DNA from: a bacterium
GTDB lineage: Bacteria; Hinthialibacterota; Hinthialibacteria; Hinthialibacterales; Hinthialibacteraceae
Assembly (NCBI GenBank): GCA_041946805.1
Contig: JBHGBC010000004.1
Span: 40,948-104,947 of the forward strand
Direction: 5' to 3'
Length of the DNA: 64,000 bases
Below are positions 58,467 through 64,000 of this stretch, one piece after another. The number at the start of each line of letters is the position of its first letter. Position 1 is the stretch's first letter. A program made the position numbers and the translations under genes. The notes below the pieces were generated by a model that saw nothing but the letters and a program-made list of their open reading frames with translations, had not been told where the DNA came from and did no database searches.

Positions 58467-60863
58467 ATGAGACGCGCGGCGATTTTCATATCTTTGCTGC
58501 TGGGAGTATGGGGGATCGGCCCGGCGGCCGTTTGGCCCGAAATCGTGCTGGAAACCCAAAGCCCGGACTACATCCACGACACGCAAGTTTACCGCTACCA
58601 GGGATCGCAGAATTTCAAGGATGATCATCTCTCCATCTCGGCGAACTGGAACGACAACTACGCCTCGCGAGTCTATTTTGCGTTCGATATCCGCAAATTC
58701 CTGGTGGACCGCGGCTACACGCCCAACCGGGTCATTCTGACGGATATCAAGATCCAACTGACCCACCGCAAGGACGCGCCCGGGTGGTTTTCGCCGGTGG
58801 AGGTCCATTTCCCCGACACCACTTGGAATGAAGATATAATCAGCTGGATCCTGCAGCCCGGCTTTTCCGCCACCCGGTTTACGTATATCCCCAACAAAAA
58901 ACTGGGGGAGGTGGACACCCTGGTCTCGCCGCTTCTGGCCGACCGCTTTCAGTCGTTCATCAACGACGCAGCCGATCTCTGGAAACGGGGCATTGTGCTC
59001 ACCGCGCCCAACGCGCCCAATGAGAGCAAGGACGAATACGAGATCTCCTACGCGGGCAGTGAAAATGCGAACGCCGCGCTGCGCCCCCGGGTGACCATCG
59101 CCTTCGTGCTGGTCCCCCTGCCGACGGCCACGCCCACGAGGAAACCGGTCCTCACACCCACGCCCACCCGCACGCCGCTGCCCGATCCTTCGCTCATCGC
59201 CCTGGAAACGAGGGACGCGGTGTATATCCGGGACACCTACGCCTACCGGCACCAGCCGGCTGACAACCTGCAAAACGAAGACCTCGGCGTGGGGGCGAAC
59301 GGCAAGGCCGATTTCACGGCGCGGGCGTATCTCGCGCTGAATATCAAGCAGCTGCTGATCGATTATGGTTACGATCTGGAGCAGGTCGATCTGCAGGGCA
59401 TCGTACTGGAGTTGAGCCTCAGCCGGCCCCCGGCGGGATGGTTCTCCCCGGTGGAAATCCATTTTCCCAACCAGACATGGGAGGAAGGCTGGTTGACCTG
59501 GCAGAACCAGCCCACGTTTTCGGAAGCGAAACACACGTATGAGCCCAAGAAGACCGAGGGCGCGGTGGACCGGATCGTCAGTCCGGAGCTTGACACTCTG
59601 TTCCGGAGTTATTTGAACGATCCCGGCGACGCGTGGAGGCGAGGCATTGTCCTCACCGCTCCCAAGGCCCCGTTGGAGGGCTATGTCAACCAGGACATTA
59701 CCTACGCAGGGAGCGAAAACGCCCTCGAGCGGCTGCGTCCCAAGTTCATGGTGCTGTTCAAACTGCTGCCCAGCGGCGTGACACCGACCTTGACCCCCAC
59801 GAATACGCCGACGATCACTCCGACCTTCACCCTGACGCCCACCTTCACTGCGACGCCGACGCCGACACGCACGCCCACGAATACACCCACCCAAACCGCG
59901 ACCCCCACGCCCGGCAATCATGATTCGCTGAATGGGGGCAGCCTGCTGGATAATCAAATGACCATGGATCCGCCGGCAGGGTTCCGGCCCGGGCGCGTCC
60001 GTTTCGGAGAGATTCCCACCGGGTACGGGACCGACGGCCGCGGCATGGAGATCGACTTGTCGCCGGGCGAAGGCGTGTGGATCATCTCGAACAAGCCCAT
60101 CGCGGCGGCTTCCCTGGCCCAGGTGTCCGGTTGTTTCCGGGTCTCCAATAAAAACGCGGCGGTGGCCTTGGTGGCGCTCAACAGCCCCATCGACGGACAA
60201 CTGGGATACACCAATATCACCGGCGACGAAACCCCGGTCGAGGACTACCGGCCGCTGAACCTGTTATACCGGCCGCCTTCCGGCGCTCTCCAAATTGCGA
60301 TCCAGGCCGTCAATCCGGCCATTTCCACACTGGCGGCCCGGATCTGGGTGGATGAGTTGGACGTGAAAATCCTCTACTCGCTCGAGGAAGAGCATCCGGT
60401 GCCGCTCCAGGTGGACGGCGGTTTTGAAAGCAACGTGGAGAACCTGATCACCAATCTCAACAACACGGATGGCCAGATCATGCCCATCCTGGAATCGAAC
60501 GACAACGTGGCCATCCGGCTGTCCATCCAGCCCCAAAACCTGGCCGCCAACATCGGCACGCTGGTTACGGGAGTGGAGAACAGCTTCCCCATGTGCCTGG
60601 TGGGACGGGTGAGCGCCCGGCGCGATTCCCTGCCCGGCGGCGGGAACCTGGCGTTCGTCATGACGAATGGATTCCAAAACGTGGGATTGGTGCGTTTTGT
60701 GGATCAACTCCCCGGCCCGGGCGATCTGCCCGAAGTCTGCCTGATCGGCAGTGATTTCACGGTGAACAATCCCAACATCCCCATTCACGTGGTGCTGCAG
60801 AATGGCGGTCCGGGGGCGGATTCGTCACTGGTGGTGGACAATCTGCGGATTTTGAAGCAGTAA
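58467..60863 (+). CDS. Secreted modular protein: two DNRLRE/CBM96-like domains, Pro/Thr linkers and a C-terminal domain
   Basis: Signal peptide; duplicated DT..YR.Q...N / GWFSPVE.HFP..TW.E / W.RGIVLTAP / YAGSENA..RP; TPT runs; GGAGG RBS. Confidence 0.8.
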   Translation: MRRAAIFISLLLGVWGIGPAAVWPEIVLETQSPDYIHDTQVYRYQGSQNFKDDHLSISANWNDNYASRVYFAFDIRKFLVDRGYTPNRVILTDIKIQLTHRKDAPGWFSPVEVHFPDTTWNEDIISWILQPGFSATRFTYIPNKKLGEVDTLVSPLLADRFQSFINDAADLWKRGIVLTAPNAPNESKDEYEISYAGSENANAALRPRVTIAFVLVPLPTATPTRKPVLTPTPTRTPLPDPSLIALETRDAVYIRDTYAYRHQPADNLQNEDLGVGANGKADFTARAYLALNIKQLLIDYGYDLEQVDLQGIVLELSLSRPPAGWFSPVEIHFPNQTWEEGWLTWQNQPTFSEAKHTYEPKKTEGAVDRIVSPELDTLFRSYLNDPGDAWRRGIVLTAPKAPLEGYVNQDITYAGSENALERLRPKFMVLFKLLPSGVTPTLTPTNTPTITPTFTLTPTFTATPTPTRTPTNTPTQTATPTPGNHDSLNGGSLLDNQMTMDPPAGFRPGRVRFGEIPTGYGTDGRGMEIDLSPGEGVWIISNKPIAAASLAQVSGCFRVSNKNAAVALVALNSPIDGQLGYTNITGDETPVEDYRPLNLLYRPPSGALQIAIQAVNPAISTLAARIWVDELDVKILYSLEEEHPVPLQVDGGFESNVENLITNLNNTDGQIMPILESNDNVAIRLSIQPQNLAANIGTLVTGVENSFPMCLVGRVSARRDSLPGGGNLAFVMTNGFQNVGLVRFVDQLPGPGDLPEVCLIGSDFTVNNPNIPIHVVLQNGGPGADSSLVVDNLRILKQ

Positions 60864-60905
60864 TCCCGCCGGCCGGTACACTGGACCGAGGCGAATGGCC
60901 GCGGT

Positions 60906-62672
60906 TCAAAACGGCCAGAATAGGGGGGTCAGGCCGATCACCGTGACCGCCACGCAGAATCCCAGGGGGAGGCCGATTTTCATGTAATCGGTGAAGTGAT
61001 AGCCCCCCGGCCCGTAGACCATCAAATTGGTTTGATAGCCGATGGGCGTGGCGAAGCTGGCGGACGCGGCCAGCATGATGGCGATGGCGAAGGGCATGAA
61101 ATTCACGCCCAGGTCCCGCGCGGTGGACATCGCGATGGGAAACACCAGCACGGCGGCGGCGTTGTTGGTGATCAATTCGGTGAACAGGATGGTCACCAGG
61201 TACACCAGCGCCAGGCTGATCCAAGGATTGGAACCGGCCAGGGAAATCAGGCCATGACCCACCGCGTGGGCAAGGCCGGATTTCTCCAGCGCGTTGCCCA
61301 GCGCGAATGACGCGGCAATGACCATCAGCACCTGCCAATCCACGCTGCGGCGCGCGGCGGAGACGCGGCAACACCGGGTGATCAGCATCATCCCGGCGGC
61401 CAGCATCGCGGCCTTGAGCATGGACAGCAGGCTAAACGTGACGCACACCACCATGCCGGCCAGGATCCCGAGAGCCACATACGAGCGTTCATGCCGGAGA
61501 GGATGGGAATCCTCCACCCGGCTGATCAGGTAAAAATCCCGCGAATTCTTCTGCTGTTCAAAAAAAGAGGGATGCGCTTCGAGCAGCAGCGTGTCCCCCG
61601 GCTGCAGGATGATGTCGCCGATCTTCTTGTTGATCCGCTTGCCATGGCGGGCCACGGCGATCACCACCGCGTTGTAGTGATTGCGGAACCGGCCGTCGCG
61701 GATGGTCCGGCCCACCAGGGCGCAACTGTTGGAAACCACGGTTTCGATCAGGCAGCGCTCCGGCCGGGGCGAATCCAGCTTGAAGACCTGGTTGGTGGCG
61801 GGTTTCAATCCCCGGATCCGCTGCAGGTCCACGATGGATTCCACGATCCCGCAAAACACCAGCCGGTCGTTGATTTTCAGCCGTTCCTGGGGCGACACGG
61901 CGGGAATGATCCGCTCGTCCCGCTCGATCTCGATCAGGAACATCCCCGTCAGGTTGCGCAGGCCGGCCTCCTCGATGCTTTTGCCGTCAAGCGGGCTGTC
62001 CGGCTCCACGATCATTTCCACGGTGTATTCCCGGGAATCGGTCAAGGCGGTGATGGCCGGCTGCCGGTTGGGCAGCCATTTCCGTCCGAAGAGGAGGATG
62101 TAAACAAATCCCATCGCCGCAACAGGGAAACCCACCCGGGTGATCTCGAACATGTGCAATTCGGGAAAACCGTTTTTCAATAAAAGGCCGTACACCACCA
62201 GGTTGGTGCTGGTCCCGATCAAAGTGCACACGCCGCCCAGGATCGAGGCGTAACTCAGGGGAATGAGCAGTTGCGAGACGGGCAGATGGTAGTTCTTGGC
62301 CCACTCCTTCACCGCGGGAATCAGCATGGCCACCACCGGAGTATTATTCAAAAAGGAACTCATGCCGATGACCGGCGCCATCAAGCGCCACTGGGCTTCC
62401 AACGTTGACTTCGGCCGTCCCAGGCACCGTTCGACCAGCCAACCGATGCCCCCCGTTTCCCGCAAACCCGCCACGACGATATACAGCACTCCCACGGTCA
62501 CCATCCCCTCGTTGGCCAGCCCCCCCAGGGCCTCCTCGGGAGTCACAATATTGAACAACAACAGCAGAGTCACCCCGCCCAGGAGAATGACATCCGGTCC
62601 GGTCCGGGTGAAGATCAGCATCCCCACCTGAAACAAAATGATCCCCAACGTAAACCATGCTTCCCAGGTCAT
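60906..62672 (-). CDS. SLC13/CitMHS family permease with TrkA-C domains (possible sulfate/anion transporter)
   Basis: SSFLNNTPVV, TLIGTSTNL, TELITNNAAA and FATPIGYQTNLMVYGPGGY motifs. Confidence 0.92.
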   Translation of the reverse strand: MTWEAWFTLGIILFQVGMLIFTRTGPDVILLGGVTLLLLFNIVTPEEALGGLANEGMVTVGVLYIVVAGLRETGGIGWLVERCLGRPKSTLEAQWRLMAPVIGMSSFLNNTPVVAMLIPAVKEWAKNYHLPVSQLLIPLSYASILGGVCTLIGTSTNLVVYGLLLKNGFPELHMFEITRVGFPVAAMGFVYILLFGRKWLPNRQPAITALTDSREYTVEMIVEPDSPLDGKSIEEAGLRNLTGMFLIEIERDERIIPAVSPQERLKINDRLVFCGIVESIVDLQRIRGLKPATNQVFKLDSPRPERCLIETVVSNSCALVGRTIRDGRFRNHYNAVVIAVARHGKRINKKIGDIILQPGDTLLLEAHPSFFEQQKNSRDFYLISRVEDSHPLRHERSYVALGILAGMVVCVTFSLLSMLKAAMLAAGMMLITRCCRVSAARRSVDWQVLMVIAASFALGNALEKSGLAHAVGHGLISLAGSNPWISLALVYLVTILFTELITNNAAAVLVFPIAMSTARDLGVNFMPFAIAIMLAASASFATPIGYQTNLMVYGPGGYHFTDYMKIGLPLGFCVAVTVIGLTPLFWPF

Positions 62673-62785
62673 ACCCGTTCCTTATTCCACGAAAGATTTG
62701 ATGGTTAGGGTTTGTAACGCCGCTGATGATGAATTCCTGAAAAACGCTCCAGGGAAAGATAGAACCATGCCGCTCCCAGGCAAGC

Positions 62786-63532
62786 CTATCGCCCTGGAAT
62801 GGCTTGCCGGAGGGCTTGGAGAGTCCCCATAACCATTTCATATTCAGCGGAGGTCAGGGCGAGGCGTTGGATCAGAAAACGCAGGGTTTCCACCTGCTGC
62901 TCCCGCCGTCCGGATTTGAAAAAAGGCGTGGAATCCAGTAGTTCCACCGCGTTTCGCAGGACGCGCTCGAGGTCCGCGTGCGTGGCCGGGGTGTTTTTCG
63001 AAGAGGGGGGTGAAGGTTCGGCAGCCCGGGGACAAAGACGCGTGTTTGATATTTCATACAATACCACGGTCACAGCATGAGCAAGATTCAGGCTGAGCGT
63101 TTCCACGGAGGTGGGAATCCGCACCAGATGATGGCAGAGATTCCGCTCGGCGTTGGAAAGTCCGTAATCCTCGGGGCCGAACACCAGGGCGGTTTTTGGG
63201 GGGATGGCATCCGCCTGGAGTTGGTGGATCCACCCGGGCAGATCCCACTGGGCTCGGGGAAAGGCATAGCCGCGCCGCGAGAAGCCGGCTGCCTGGTGGT
63301 AGTCCGCCAGGCTCTCCTCCAGCGTGGGATAAATCCTCGCCTGTTCGACGATCTCCCCCGCCCCGCTGGCGGTTTTGTAGGCCGCGCCGCGTTCCTCCCA
63401 GGAAAATCCGGGATTGACCAGGATTAATTGGCCGAATCCGAAGGCCTTCATGGACCGGGCCGCCGCGCCCACGTTTTCAGGAAGTTGGGGACGGACGAGG
63501 ATCACGCCGAAGTGAGAGGGAGAAAGGTGCAT
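62786..63532 (-). CDS. TrmJ/TrmH-family (SPOUT) RNA methyltransferase
   Basis: LVRPQLPENVGAAARSMKAFG, LVFGPEDYGLSNAE and SLNLAHAV motifs. Confidence 0.9.
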   Translation of the reverse strand: MHLSPSHFGVILVRPQLPENVGAAARSMKAFGFGQLILVNPGFSWEERGAAYKTASGAGEIVEQARIYPTLEESLADYHQAAGFSRRGYAFPRAQWDLPGWIHQLQADAIPPKTALVFGPEDYGLSNAERNLCHHLVRIPTSVETLSLNLAHAVTVVLYEISNTRLCPRAAEPSPPSSKNTPATHADLERVLRNAVELLDSTPFFKSGRREQQVETLRFLIQRLALTSAEYEMVMGTLQALRQAIPGR

Positions 63533-63567
63533 GGCAACAATCCAAACCGGCAGGATTAAAAAAGGAC

Positions 63568-63817
63568 GTCATCCCCGCGAAAGCGGGGATCCAGCCACTT
63601 CATCATTCAGTTACGACATTATCCTTTCCATAAACCAGTCCCCCACGCCCTCTTCCTCCGGGAGAGGGCCGAGGTGTGGGAAAACCGGGCTGAAATGACA
63701 ATCCTTCGCAGGGCCGAATACCTGGGCTCCGAACGGGAGGGCGAGGCTCCCGCCGAGCGGCTTGGTAATCCAAAGCCTTGGGATGATATAACGGCTCACC
63801 AGGAGGTTCGCCCTCCC
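63568..63817. repeat. Repeat mosaic
   Basis: 63568-63593 is identical to 6138-6163; inverted A at ~63648-63680; GGGAGGGCGAGGCTCC..GGAGGTTCGCCCTCCC pair. Confidence 0.8.
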
Positions 63818-63926
63818 GGATCCGCTCTCCATCTGGAAATCTCCAGCGCATTTCCCAGAAGAACAGGAACTTTCCTTTTGTTACCCGGCCCTCACCAATC
63901 GCTTCATTCAGTTATCCGATAAATAC

Positions 63927-64000
63927 GGTTCATCCAAGAAGTGCGTACCGGGTGAAGTAACATTGATTTCATTCGCCCCTGGATGAGGGCGGATACCAAG
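63927..64000 (+). mobile_element. MITE-like left end truncated by the window edge
   Basis: GGTTCATCCAAGAAGTGCGTACC...GGGCGGATACCAAG. Confidence 0.65.

Overview
This is a GC-rich (~60% by eye) bacterial chromosomal segment using the standard genetic code, with ~45 recognisable CDS. Housekeeping genes include leuCD, hppA, murQ, rng, a TIGR03960/TIGR03936 radical SAM, mqnE, PBP1B, cysC, gatC, pcm, pilT/pilU and a trmJ-like gene. There is also a GldA/F/G-like ABC + DUF4340 operon and several secreted proteins of unknown function. The pilin-like family, Pro/Thr-linked secreted proteins and a C-terminal 'S..I.DW.L.E' tail suggest an OLB16/Ca. Hinthialibacterota- or Sumerlaeota-like lineage (inference only). 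I could not support any rRNA, tRNA, CRISPR array, prophage or transposase. The most striking unexplained structure is non-coding: most long intergenic spacers are mosaics of about 8-10 distinct palindromic repeat families. They include a ~210-bp MITE-like element (22-bp TIRs, near-perfect 8-bp AT-rich target duplications) that carries two of those palindromes as cargo. Protein-level oddities include a LexA-like regulator lacking its cleavage site and catalytic Lys, a metal-ligand-less MBL fused to an intact dehydrogenase, a phytol-kinase/DUF92 fusion, and a candidate LpoB-analogue next to PBP1B.
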